A stretch of DNA of 64,000 nt from the NCBI GenBank assembly GCA_016790695.1, contig JAEUOS010000179.1:14297-78296 (forward strand), given 5' to 3'. The notes under the pieces are model-generated. The model searched no databases and was not told the origin of the DNA. It was given only the letters and a program-made list of their open reading frames with translations. A program made the position numbers and the translations under genes. This DNA is from Burkholderiales bacterium. GTDB taxonomy: Bacteria > Pseudomonadota > Gammaproteobacteria > Burkholderiales > JAEUOS01. Shown here piece after piece: positions 29,091-39,662 of the stretch; the first letter of the stretch is position 1; every line of letters starts with the position of its first letter.

Positions 29091-29837
29091 ACGCGCGGCG
29101 CCGTTGCCGGGAGGCAGCCCGCGCTCAAGCGCATCGAGCCGTTCCCGTATCGCGCGCAGTTCCGCCAGGATCTCCTCTTCCTCGCGCTCGATCTTCTGCT
29201 CCCCGACGCCAAGCGCCGAGGCGGCGATGCCGGCCACGAACGCGCCCATGAGAACGAAGCCGGCGACCGCGAGCGCCGTGGCGACCAGGCGTCCCTCGAC
29301 GGTGACCGGGTTGTAGAGCCCCGACCCCTGGCTGATCAGCATCTCGAAGGCCCACCACAAGGCGTCGCTCGCGGTGCGGATCCTGGTGCCCGGCTCGAGA
29401 TTGAGAATGGCGATCGCCGAACCCACGACAAGCAGGAAGCTCGCCACCGCGGTGGCCGCGAACAGCCCGGCCGCGCGCCGCTCGAAGATGATCGCCAGGA
29501 GCGTGCGCACCGAACGCACCGCCCGCAGCACCCGGAGGATGCGCAGCACGCGCACCGTCCGGCCCCAGCGCAGCACGTCGAGCGTCGGGATCGACGACAC
29601 CAGGTCGATCCAGCCCCATTTCAGATAGGTCCACCGGTTCGGTGCGGTCGCCAGGTGATAGGCGAAATCGCCGAGGAAGACCACGCATATCGCGTTGTCC
29701 GCCCAGTCGAGCACCGTTGCCACCTCGGCGGGCAGCGCCCACAGGGTCTGCACGAACAGCGCGGCCAGCACGTAGGCCGACAGGGCGAGGATGACGATCT
29801 GCCACAGCGTGAGCCTGGCGGGTGCGGTGTCGATCAT
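29082..29837 (-). CDS. Voltage-gated-like cation channel (ion transport family), non-canonical pore, C-terminal coiled coil
   Basis: 251 aa. S4-like segment RTVRVLRILRVLRAVRSVR, pore region DALWWAFEMLISQGSGLYNPVT with no T-V-G-Y-G, and an acidic/heptad tail EQKIEREEEEILAELRAIRERLDALER. 9-nt convergent overlap with the MOSC gene. Confidence 0.75.
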   Translation of the reverse strand: MIDTAPARLTLWQIVILALSAYVLAALFVQTLWALPAEVATVLDWADNAICVVFLGDFAYHLATAPNRWTYLKWGWIDLVSSIPTLDVLRWGRTVRVLRILRVLRAVRSVRTLLAIIFERRAAGLFAATAVASFLLVVGSAIAILNLEPGTRIRTASDALWWAFEMLISQGSGLYNPVTVEGRLVATALAVAGFVLMGAFVAGIAASALGVGEQKIEREEEEILAELRAIRERLDALERGLPPGNGAARSP

Positions 29838-29855
29838 GGGTTCGCCCCCCGCCGG

Positions 29856-31145
29856 TCAGGGATACAGGCCGCGCTGCTCGCGCGCGGCGAGCACGCGCCG
29901 ACAGGCGACCACGAAGGCGGCCGTGCGCAGCGACACGCGCAGCGACGCGGCAAGGCGCCAGACATGATCGAAGGCGCCGGTGAGAATGCTGTCCATGCGC
30001 CGCGTCACCTCGTCCTCGGTCCAGAAGAACGAGTTGAAGTCCTGCACCCACTCGAAGTACGAGACGATGACGCCGCCGGCGTTGGCGATGACGTCGGGCA
30101 CGACGGTGATGCCGCGCTCGGCGAGCAGCGCGTCCGCGGCCGGCGTGGTCGGTCCGTTCGCCCCCTCGAGGACCAGCCGCGTGCGCAGGCGCGCGGCACG
30201 CCGCGCGTCGATGGCGCCTTCGAGCGCCGCGGGCACCAGAACCTCGGTCTCCAGCGCCCAGAACTCCTCGCTGTCGATCGACGCGCAGCCGGGGCTGCCG
30301 GCCAGCGCGCCCGTGCGTTCCTTGTGCGCCAGCGCCGCCGCGACATCGATCCCGGCCGGATTGAAGACCGTCGACGCACGATCCTGCAGCGCGATCACGC
30401 GCGCGCCGTCCTCGGCGAACAGCCGCGCCGCCACCGCGCCCACATTGCCGACGCCCTGCACGGCAACGCGCGCGCCATGCAGCGGCATCCCGAGGCGGCG
30501 CGCGGTCTCGCGGCCGATCACGTTCACGCCGCGTCCGGTGGCCTGGTCGCGCCCGAGCGAGCCGCCGAGCGCGACCGGCTTGCCGGTGACCATGCCGGTC
30601 GCCGAGGTGCCGGTGTTCATGGCGCAGGTATCCATCATCCAGGCCATCACCTGCGCGTCGGTGTTGACGTCGGGAGCGGGGATGTCGCGGTCCGGACCGA
30701 TCAGGAGCCCGATCTCGCTGGTGTAGCGCCGCGTCAGGCGCTCGAGTTCCTTGCGCGAGAGCCTTGCCGGATCGACGCGAATGCCGCCCTTCGCGCCGCC
30801 GAACGGCAGGTTCATCGCCGCGTTCTTGATCGTCATCCAGCCCGCGAGGGCCATCACCTCGTCGAGGCGGACGCCGGCGTCATAACGCACGCCGCCCTTC
30901 CCCGGGCCGCGCGACAGGTTGTGATGCACGCGGTAGCCCTCGAAATGCGCGACCGAGCCGTCATCGAGCTCGATCGGCACATCGACGATGAGCACGCGTT
31001 TGGGCCGGCACAGGGTGTCGATCAGGCGGGCCAGCGGCCCGAGGTGCGGGGCAACGCCCGCCACCGTCGCGACGAAGGCCTGCCACGGCCCGTCGGCGTG
31101 CGGATCCACATACGACAGTCCGGCCGGAACGATCATCGACACCAC
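29856..31145 (-). CDS. gdhA: NAD(P)-specific glutamate dehydrogenase (Glu/Leu/Phe/Val dehydrogenase family)
   Basis: 429 aa with [21 protein letters not shown] and [15 protein letters not shown]. Start is GTG at 31145 (alternatives GTG 31142 or ATG 31136). Confidence 0.92.
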   Translation of the reverse strand: MVSMIVPAGLSYVDPHADGPWQAFVATVAGVAPHLGPLARLIDTLCRPKRVLIVDVPIELDDGSVAHFEGYRVHHNLSRGPGKGGVRYDAGVRLDEVMALAGWMTIKNAAMNLPFGGAKGGIRVDPARLSRKELERLTRRYTSEIGLLIGPDRDIPAPDVNTDAQVMAWMMDTCAMNTGTSATGMVTGKPVALGGSLGRDQATGRGVNVIGRETARRLGMPLHGARVAVQGVGNVGAVAARLFAEDGARVIALQDRASTVFNPAGIDVAAALAHKERTGALAGSPGCASIDSEEFWALETEVLVPAALEGAIDARRAARLRTRLVLEGANGPTTPAADALLAERGITVVPDVIANAGGVIVSYFEWVQDFNSFFWTEDEVTRRMDSILTGAFDHVWRLAASLRVSLRTAAFVVACRRVLAAREQRGLYP

Positions 31146-31240
31146 CCGCCCGCGGCACGCGCCGCGACGGAGCCAGTATAGAAATCGACCGCCGGGGCCG
31201 CTTGACGTGGGTCAACCGGCGCCTCGCGCCGGCGGCGTCG

Positions 31241-31489
31241 TCATGCCGCAGGCGCGCAGCCTTGCGGCTTGCGGATGCGCTGCGTCGACGCCGGATGCCG
31301 GGCCAGCTTGTCCGGCGGCCGGCGCGGACGGGCGACCAGTTCCCCGCCGCAGTTCGGGCATCGGCCCGCGAGCGGGCCGAGCGCGCAGTCGCGGCAGAAG
31401 GTGCATTCGAAGGAGCAGATCAGCGCTGCCGTCGACTCCGGCGGCAGGTCGCGATCACAGCATTCGCAGTTCGGGCGCAGTTGCAGCAT
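31241..31489 (-). CDS. DUF1272 zinc-ribbon protein
   Basis: MLQLRPNCECCDRDLPPESTAALICSFECTFCRDCALGPLAGRCPNCGGELVARP. The Cys pattern is typical of DUF1272. Start is the ATG at 31489. Confidence 0.7.
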   Translation of the reverse strand: MLQLRPNCECCDRDLPPESTAALICSFECTFCRDCALGPLAGRCPNCGGELVARPRRPPDKLARHPASTQRIRKPQGCAPAA

Positions 31490-31655
31490 GGGCTCTCCGG
31501 TCGGGCCGCGCGATGGCGGACAGCATACTCCGCTGGCGCACGCCCGGCGCCGCGGCGCCCGTACGCCGCACATACACAACGCGTACGCCGAATTGCCGCG
31601 AAGTTCCGGGCCAGATCGCCGGTTCCCGCCGGCCGCGAACCGCTACGCTACGGAC

Positions 31656-31973
31656 ATGGACGGCCTGCTTGCGATCGCCGCCACCGCCTTGCTGGTGGCC
31701 CCGCTGCACTTCGCGGTGCTGTCCTACCTTGCGCGTCTCGATGACGGCCGGTGGCTGCGCGAGACCGGCGTCGTCATCCTCGACGAGCGGGCGCTCGAGT
31801 CGCAGGGCGAGGTCATCGGCAGCTACGCCGGCACGCCGATCCGCACGGCAGTGCGGTTCAAGGGCGTCGAGTACCGCTACGAAGGCATCGCGCCGTCGCG
31901 TCACAAGGAGCGCATGGGTCCCGACGAACTCTTCCTCGAGCCCGGCCTCCTGTACCTGGCGCGCCCGGCCTGA
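31656..31973 (+). CDS. Hypothetical small membrane-anchored protein
   Basis: 105 aa from the ATG at 31656: one N-terminal hydrophobic helix (LLAIAATALLVAPLHFAVLSYL), then a soluble part. No recognisable family. Supported only by ORF length and plausible composition. Confidence 0.4.
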   Translation: MDGLLAIAATALLVAPLHFAVLSYLARLDDGRWLRETGVVILDERALESQGEVIGSYAGTPIRTAVRFKGVEYRYEGIAPSRHKERMGPDELFLEPGLLYLARPA

Positions 31974-32076
31974 ACCGCGGCGCGCCGCACCGGCCGACGG
32001 TGCTCGGCGACCGGCGGGTGCCGCCCCTCTGCCGCGCCCGGCGCGGCGGCGGACCCGGCGGCCCGCCGCACGCGGC

Positions 32077-34704
<2,628 letters not shown>

Positions 34705-34742
34705 GTTCCGGTGCCGTCCTGGTAAAGGGGAATTGATCGGGT

Positions 34743-34770
34743 AAATGCGGGTCTGACGGGGAAATTCAAG
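34743..34770 (-). promoter_or_regulatory. Candidate sigma32 (RpoH) heat-shock promoter of clpB
   Basis: The minus strand reads CTTGAA-13 nt-CCCGCATTT, compared with the consensus CTTGAA-N13/14-CCCCATnT. It ends about 38 nt upstream of the clpB ATG. Confidence 0.55.
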
Positions 34771-34867
34771 GCGATTCGCGGCGCCGCGGGTTGATTTCCG
34801 TCAAACCGCGCCCCCGGTTGCCGTCCTTCTCGCGGCACGAGCGCGGCGTTCGAACTGCTAGGATAGG

Positions 34868-35419
34868 ATGGTCATGCAGATACATCAAATGCAGGTTGTC
34901 TTTGACGCCGCCGAGGATCGGCTGCGCATGCGCCTGTCGACCACCTCCGGCGAGGAATTCCGCGTGTTCCTGACGCGCCGCTTCGTCCGCCTGCTGTGGC
35001 CGGAACTGCAGCGGACGGTCGATCGCGCCGCGGCGGCGCGCCATCCCGGCCCTGCGGCGCGCCGCGAGATCGTCTCGTTCGAGCGCGAGAAGGCGCTGAC
35101 CGAAACCGATTTCAAGACGCCGTTCCAGGAGTCGGGCCAGGCCGCGCCGCGCCAGTTTCCGCTCGGGGAGGTGCCGTTCCTGGCCACCCGCGCCCAGGTC
35201 AGGATCGAGCGCCCGGGAACCTATCGGCTGACCCTCGACCCGCAGTCGGGGCGCGGCATCGAACTGGGCCTCGACGATCGCCTGATGCACTCGCTGGCGC
35301 GGCTGATCGAATCGGCAGCCCGCGCCGCGCAGTGGGACCTGCCGTTCCTCGCGCCGGCCAGTCCGGCGCCGGCGCCCGGCGGGGCGCCGGCCGAAGAGCC
35401 GCCGCGGCTGCTCAACTAG
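34868..35419 (+). CDS. Hypothetical protein (no recognisable domain), upstream partner of the kinase gene
   Basis: 183 aa. AGGATAGGATGG lies upstream of the ATG at 34868, and the ORF ends 13 nt before the kinase start. Composition looks coding-like. I recognise no motif. Confidence 0.6.
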   Translation: MVMQIHQMQVVFDAAEDRLRMRLSTTSGEEFRVFLTRRFVRLLWPELQRTVDRAAAARHPGPAARREIVSFEREKALTETDFKTPFQESGQAAPRQFPLGEVPFLATRAQVRIERPGTYRLTLDPQSGRGIELGLDDRLMHSLARLIESAARAAQWDLPFLAPASPAPAPGGAPAEEPPRLLN

Positions 35420-35432
35420 GCCGGATCGGCGC

Positions 35433-36758
35433 ATGCAACCGGTCCCGCGCAGCATCGGCAAGTATGCGATCGTCCGCGAACTCGGCCGCGGCGCGACCTC
35501 GCGCGTGTACCTCGGACGGGACGCGTTCGCCGATCGCGAGGTCGCCATCAAGGTGTTCGATTTCGGCCCGGACATGGCCGAGGACGCCCGCGGGCTGTCG
35601 ATGCGCCGCAAGGCCTACCTGGCCGAGGCCGGCCTGGTCGGCCGCCTCAACCACCCGCACATCGCGCAGATCTACGACGCCGGCAGCGACGGCGACCACG
35701 CCTATGTCGTCATGGAGTACGTCAGGGGCGGCACCCTCGACGCCCATGCCGACCCGCAGAGCCTGCTGCCGCTGCCGCGGGTGATCGAGATCATCTTCAA
35801 GTGCGCGCGCGCGCTCGAACTGGCGATGCGCGAGGGGATCATCCACCGCGACATCAAGCCGGGCAACATCCTCGTCACCGAATCGGGCGACATCAAGATC
35901 TCCGACTTCGGCGCCTCGATCCTGGCCAAGCCCGCCGACGCGACCACGCGCACCCTCACCGGCACCGGCGAGACGGTGATCGGCTCGCCCGCCTACATGT
36001 CGCCCGAGCAGATCCGCAACGACAAGCTCACGCACCAGAGCGACATCTATTCGCTGGGCGTGGTCATGTACCGCCTGATCACCGGCCGGCTGCCGTTCAC
36101 CGCGTCGAACCACATCGGGCTGGCCTACGCGATCCTCAACACCGAGCCCGCGCGCCCCTCCGACCTGCGGCCCAACCTGCCGGCCGCGCTCGACGCCATC
36201 GTCCTGCGCGCGCTCGCGAAGACCCGCGAGGGGCGCTACCAGAACTGGGCCGAGTTCGGGCGCGACCTCACCCAGGCGTTCGCGGTCCTGCGCGCCGACG
36301 ATTCGCCGGTGTCGGACTCCGAGCAGTTCCAGGCCCTGCGCGCGCTGCCGTTCTTCGGCGGCTTCAGCGACGTCGCGCTGTGGGAGGTGGTGCGCATATC
36401 CACCTGGCACCGGCCGCGCCGCGGCGACGTGATCATTCGCGAGGGCGACATCGGCGACGCGCTCTACGTGCTGGTCGACGGCGAGATCGACGTCTCGATC
36501 CGCGGCCAGCGCGTCTCCTCGGTCAAGCCCGGCGGCTGCTTCGGCGAGATGCTGTATTTCCAGGACCAGAGCACCCGGCGCGGCACCACGATGACCGCGC
36601 AGGTCGACTGCGCCGCGATCGAACTCAAGGCCCAGGCGATGCGGTCGGCGACCGACGCGGTGCAGGCGGAATTCAACAAGGCCTGCATGCGCGTCCTGCT
36701 CGAGCGCGTCGGCAACATCAACGTGCGCCTTGCGATGCTCAAGGCGGCGGGGGACTAG
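35433..36758 (+). CDS. Ser/Thr protein kinase fused to a C-terminal cyclic-nucleotide-binding domain
   Basis: 441 aa. Hanks kinase motifs: GRGATSRVY, VAIKVF, HRDIKPGNILV, DFG, SPAYMSPEQ. The cNMP-binding fold follows (LPFFGGFSD..., GDALYVLVDGEIDV, GGCFGEMLYF...TRRGTTMTA). Confidence 0.88.
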   Translation: MQPVPRSIGKYAIVRELGRGATSRVYLGRDAFADREVAIKVFDFGPDMAEDARGLSMRRKAYLAEAGLVGRLNHPHIAQIYDAGSDGDHAYVVMEYVRGGTLDAHADPQSLLPLPRVIEIIFKCARALELAMREGIIHRDIKPGNILVTESGDIKISDFGASILAKPADATTRTLTGTGETVIGSPAYMSPEQIRNDKLTHQSDIYSLGVVMYRLITGRLPFTASNHIGLAYAILNTEPARPSDLRPNLPAALDAIVLRALAKTREGRYQNWAEFGRDLTQAFAVLRADDSPVSDSEQFQALRALPFFGGFSDVALWEVVRISTWHRPRRGDVIIREGDIGDALYVLVDGEIDVSIRGQRVSSVKPGGCFGEMLYFQDQSTRRGTTMTAQVDCAAIELKAQAMRSATDAVQAEFNKACMRVLLERVGNINVRLAMLKAAGD

Positions 36759-36795
36759 GCGCTCTGCCCCGCCATGCCGGGCCGCCCGGCGCCGC

Positions 36796-37179
36796 CTAGG
36801 TCGCGACCAGGCGCCAGGTGGCGATCCCGGCGAGCGTGGCACCGAACGACCCGATCAGGTGCATCGCGCTGTGCGCGAACGCTGCCGCGTAGCGCGCCTG
36901 CTGCAGCAGCGCCACGCCTTCGGCGGAGAAGGTCGAAAAGGTGGTGAGCCCGCCGAGGAACCCGGTGATCGCGAACAGGCGCCACTCCGGCGCGACCCCG
37001 GCGTGGCCGGCGAAGAACGCGACGGCGATGCCGACCAGGTAGCCGCCGGCGAGGTTGGCGACCAGCGTGCCCGGCGGGATCGCCGGATACCATGCATTGA
37101 GCAGCGCACCCAGGCCCCAGCGCAGCCACGCGCCGAGCGCCGCGCCGACGCCGACCGCGAGCACGCCGGCCGCGCTCAC
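36796..37179 (-). CDS. crcB: Fluoride channel CrcB/FluC
   Basis: 127 aa from the GTG at 37179, which overlaps the moaE stop as GTGA. GALLRW-like N-terminus ([12 protein letters not shown]), [14 protein letters not shown] and [13 protein letters not shown] motifs. Confidence 0.87.
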   Translation of the reverse strand: MSAAGVLAVGVGAALGAWLRWGLGALLNAWYPAIPPGTLVANLAGGYLVGIAVAFFAGHAGVAPEWRLFAITGFLGGLTTFSTFSAEGVALLQQARYAAAFAHSAMHLIGSFGATLAGIATWRLVAT

Positions 37180-37676
37180 GTCCCGGGGCGCGCGGCGTCG
37201 CCCGCCGCCCACTTGCCGGCGGCGTCGTCGTCGCTGGCGCGCGCGTCGACCCAGCGCTCGCCGTCCGGCGTGCGCTCCTTCTTCCAGAACGGCGCGCGCG
37301 TCTTCAGGTAGTCCATGATGAACTCGCAGGCGGCGAACGCCTCGCCGCGATGGGCGCCGACGGTGACCACCAGGACGATCTGATCCTGCGGCAGCAGCGC
37401 GCCGACCCGATGCACGACCAGGGCGTCGAAGATGTCCCACCGGCCGCGCGCCTCGGCGACGATCGCCTCGAGCGAGCGCTCGGTCATGCCGGGATAGTGC
37501 TCGAGCGTCATGGCGCTCACGGCGGCGGCCACGCCGCGGTCGACATTGACGTCGCGCACCGTGCCGACGAAGCAGGCGACGGCGCCGATCTGCGCCGCGC
37601 GCGCCCCTTGCGCGGCGCGCAGACCGGCGACCTCGGCGGTGAGGTCGAAATCGGCGGTCTGGACCCGCACCGGCAT
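37176..37676 (-). CDS. moaE: Molybdopterin synthase catalytic subunit
   Basis: 166 aa: ...[12 protein letters not shown]..., [36 protein letters not shown]. Confidence 0.93.
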   Translation of the reverse strand: MPVRVQTADFDLTAEVAGLRAAQGARAAQIGAVACFVGTVRDVNVDRGVAAAVSAMTLEHYPGMTERSLEAIVAEARGRWDIFDALVVHRVGALLPQDQIVLVVTVGAHRGEAFAACEFIMDYLKTRAPFWKKERTPDGERWVDARASDDDAAGKWAAGDAARPGT

Positions 37677-37682
37677 GGCGGC

Positions 37683-37937
37683 CTAGCCTCCCGTCACCGG
37701 CGGAAAAAAAGCTACCTCGTCGCCGTCGCGCACCGGCGCCGCCGCTGCCGCCATGTCCTGGTTGACCGCGGCGCGCAGGTTGCGCGCCGCCGCGAACTGC
37801 TCGGCCCAGGCGCCGCCACGCGCGGCGAGGTGCGCGCGCAGTGCGGCGACGTCGCAGTCCGGCGCCGGCAGGGCCAGGGACTCGCCGGGGATGCCGAGCG
37901 CCTCGCGCAGGCCGGCAAAGTACAGCAGCTTCACCAT
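37683..37937 (-). CDS. moaD: Molybdopterin synthase sulfur-carrier subunit
   Basis: 84 aa with a ubiquitin-like fold and the C-terminal ...FFPPVTGG diglycine end. Confidence 0.92.
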   Translation of the reverse strand: MVKLLYFAGLREALGIPGESLALPAPDCDVAALRAHLAARGGAWAEQFAAARNLRAAVNQDMAAAAAPVRDGDEVAFFPPVTGG

Positions 37938-37938
37938 G

Positions 37939-39159
37939 TCAGGTCAGCAGCGCCGCGAACGGCAGGAATCGCACGAGGTCGCCGCGGGCGATCGCGTGGC
38001 CCGGCGGATTGTCGATCAGTCCGTCGGCCCAGACCGTCGAGGTGAGCACGCCGGAACTCTGGTTCGGAAACAGTTCGAGCCCGGCCGCGCCCTGCCGCGC
38101 CCGCAGGAACTCGCGGCGCCGGTCGGGGCGGGGCCAGTCGAAATCCGCGCGCAGCGCCAGCGCGCGCGGCGCCAGGTCGGCGACGCCCTGGCGCTTGAGG
38201 ATGAACGGCCGCACGAACAGCAGGAAGGTGACGAAACCCGACACCGGATTGCCGGGCAGCCCGATGAAATCGGCATGTCCGCCGGGGGCACGCCGCACCC
38301 GTCCGTAGGCGAGCGGCTTGCCGGGCTTGATCGCGATCTGCCACAGGCGGATCTCGCCCTCGGCCTCGACCGCCGGCCGGACATGATCCTCCTCCCCCAC
38401 CGAGACGCCGCCGGTGGTGACGATCAGGTCGTGCTCGCGCGCCGCCTCGCGCAGCACGCCGCGCGTGGCATCGAGCGAATCGGGCACGATGCCGAAATCG
38501 GTGACGCGGCAGCCGAGTCCGGCGATCAGGGCGCTGAGCACGAAGCGGTTCGAGTTGTAGATGGCGCCCGGCTTGAGCGACTCGCCCGGCATGGCGAGTT
38601 CGTCGCCGGTGAAGAACACCGCCACGCGCAGGTCGCGCACCACCGGCACCGTGGCCAGGCCGACCGAGGCGGCGAGGCCGCAGGCTTGCGGCGACAGCCG
38701 CGTCCCGGCGGCGAGGATCCGGGCACCCGCGCGGATGTCCTCCCCGGCGCGCCGCACCCAGTCGCCGGCTGCCGGCACGTGATTGACGACGACCGCGTCG
38801 CCGTCGGCGCTGCACTGCTCCTGCATCACCACCGCGTCGGCCCCGGGCGGAATCATGGCCCCGGTGAAGATGCGTGCCGCGGTGCCGGCCGCAAGCGGCG
38901 ACGGCACCTGCCCGGCCGGCACGCGCTGCGACACCGGCAGGCGCGTTCCCGCCGCCGGCACGTCCGCCGCGCGCAGCGCATAGCCGTCCATCGAGGTGTT
39001 GTCCATCGGCGGCACGTCGAGCGTCGAATGCAGCGGCGCGGCCAGCACGCGCCCATGCGCGGACAGCGTGGGCACCGTCCGGTGCTCGGCAACCGGCGTC
39101 GCCTGCGCCAGGAGCGCGGCGAGCGCCTCATCCATGGAGAGCATTGGCGGACGCGTCAT
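37939..39159 (-). CDS. moeA: Molybdopterin molybdotransferase
   Basis: MTRPPMLSMDEALAALLAQ...MDNTSMDGYALRAADV..., about 406 aa. The ATG at 39159 overlaps the mobB stop as ATGA. The track ORF to 39654 is read-through. Confidence 0.92.
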   Translation of the reverse strand: MTRPPMLSMDEALAALLAQATPVAEHRTVPTLSAHGRVLAAPLHSTLDVPPMDNTSMDGYALRAADVPAAGTRLPVSQRVPAGQVPSPLAAGTAARIFTGAMIPPGADAVVMQEQCSADGDAVVVNHVPAAGDWVRRAGEDIRAGARILAAGTRLSPQACGLAASVGLATVPVVRDLRVAVFFTGDELAMPGESLKPGAIYNSNRFVLSALIAGLGCRVTDFGIVPDSLDATRGVLREAAREHDLIVTTGGVSVGEEDHVRPAVEAEGEIRLWQIAIKPGKPLAYGRVRRAPGGHADFIGLPGNPVSGFVTFLLFVRPFILKRQGVADLAPRALALRADFDWPRPDRRREFLRARQGAAGLELFPNQSSGVLTSTVWADGLIDNPPGHAIARGDLVRFLPFAALLT

Positions 39160-39662
39160 CGGGATGCGAGTCGAAGGTGGCGCATTATAAATTCGGCGAT
39201 GGCGGCCGGATCGTTGATATCGAGCACCGGCAAGGGGGTCTGCACCGGCGCGTCGGTGGCGACGGCGACGATGTTGGCGTCCTCCGGATGCAGCAGCGGC
39301 CGGCCGTGCCGCGGGCGATGCACCTCGAGCTTGGGGATGGCCGCGCGCTTGAAGCCCTCGACCAGGACCAGGTCGCAGGGCGCGAATCGGTCCAGCTGGT
39401 CGGCAAGCGTCGGCTCCGGCTCGTCGCGCAGCTCGTGCATCAGCACCCAGCGCCGGTCCGAGGTGACCAGGACTTCGGTGCAGCCGGCCTCGCGGTGGCG
39501 ATAGGAGTCCTTGCCGGGCTTGTCGATGTCGAACGCGTGGTGGGCGTGCTTGATCAGCGACACGCGCAGTCCGGCCGCGACGAAGCGCGGAATCAGCTTC
39601 TCGATCAGGGTGGTCTTGCCCGAACCGGAATACCCGGCGAAGCCGAAGACGCACTTGTTCAC
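39156..39662 (-). CDS. mobB: Molybdopterin-guanine dinucleotide biosynthesis adaptor protein
   Basis: V(M)NKCVFGFAGYSGSGKTTLIEKLIP... with a P-loop, 168 aa. The GTG at 39662 overlaps the thrC stop as GTGA. Confidence 0.9.
   Translation of the reverse strand: MNKCVFGFAGYSGSGKTTLIEKLIPRFVAAGLRVSLIKHAHHAFDIDKPGKDSYRHREAGCTEVLVTSDRRWVLMHELRDEPEPTLADQLDRFAPCDLVLVEGFKRAAIPKLEVHRPRHGRPLLHPEDANIVAVATDAPVQTPLPVLDINDPAAIAEFIMRHLRLASR

Noticed and set aside
19200-31500. The accessory-looking block (two-component system to gdh) as a horizontally acquired island.
   Set aside because: There is no flanking tRNA, integrase or direct repeats, and no visible GC shift. The genes are ordinary betaproteobacterial accessory metabolism and signalling.
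37180-37300. Possible fluoride riboswitch upstream of crcB.
   Set aside because: This sequence is the 3' coding end of moaE, and the crcB GTG overlaps the moaE stop. No free leader exists.
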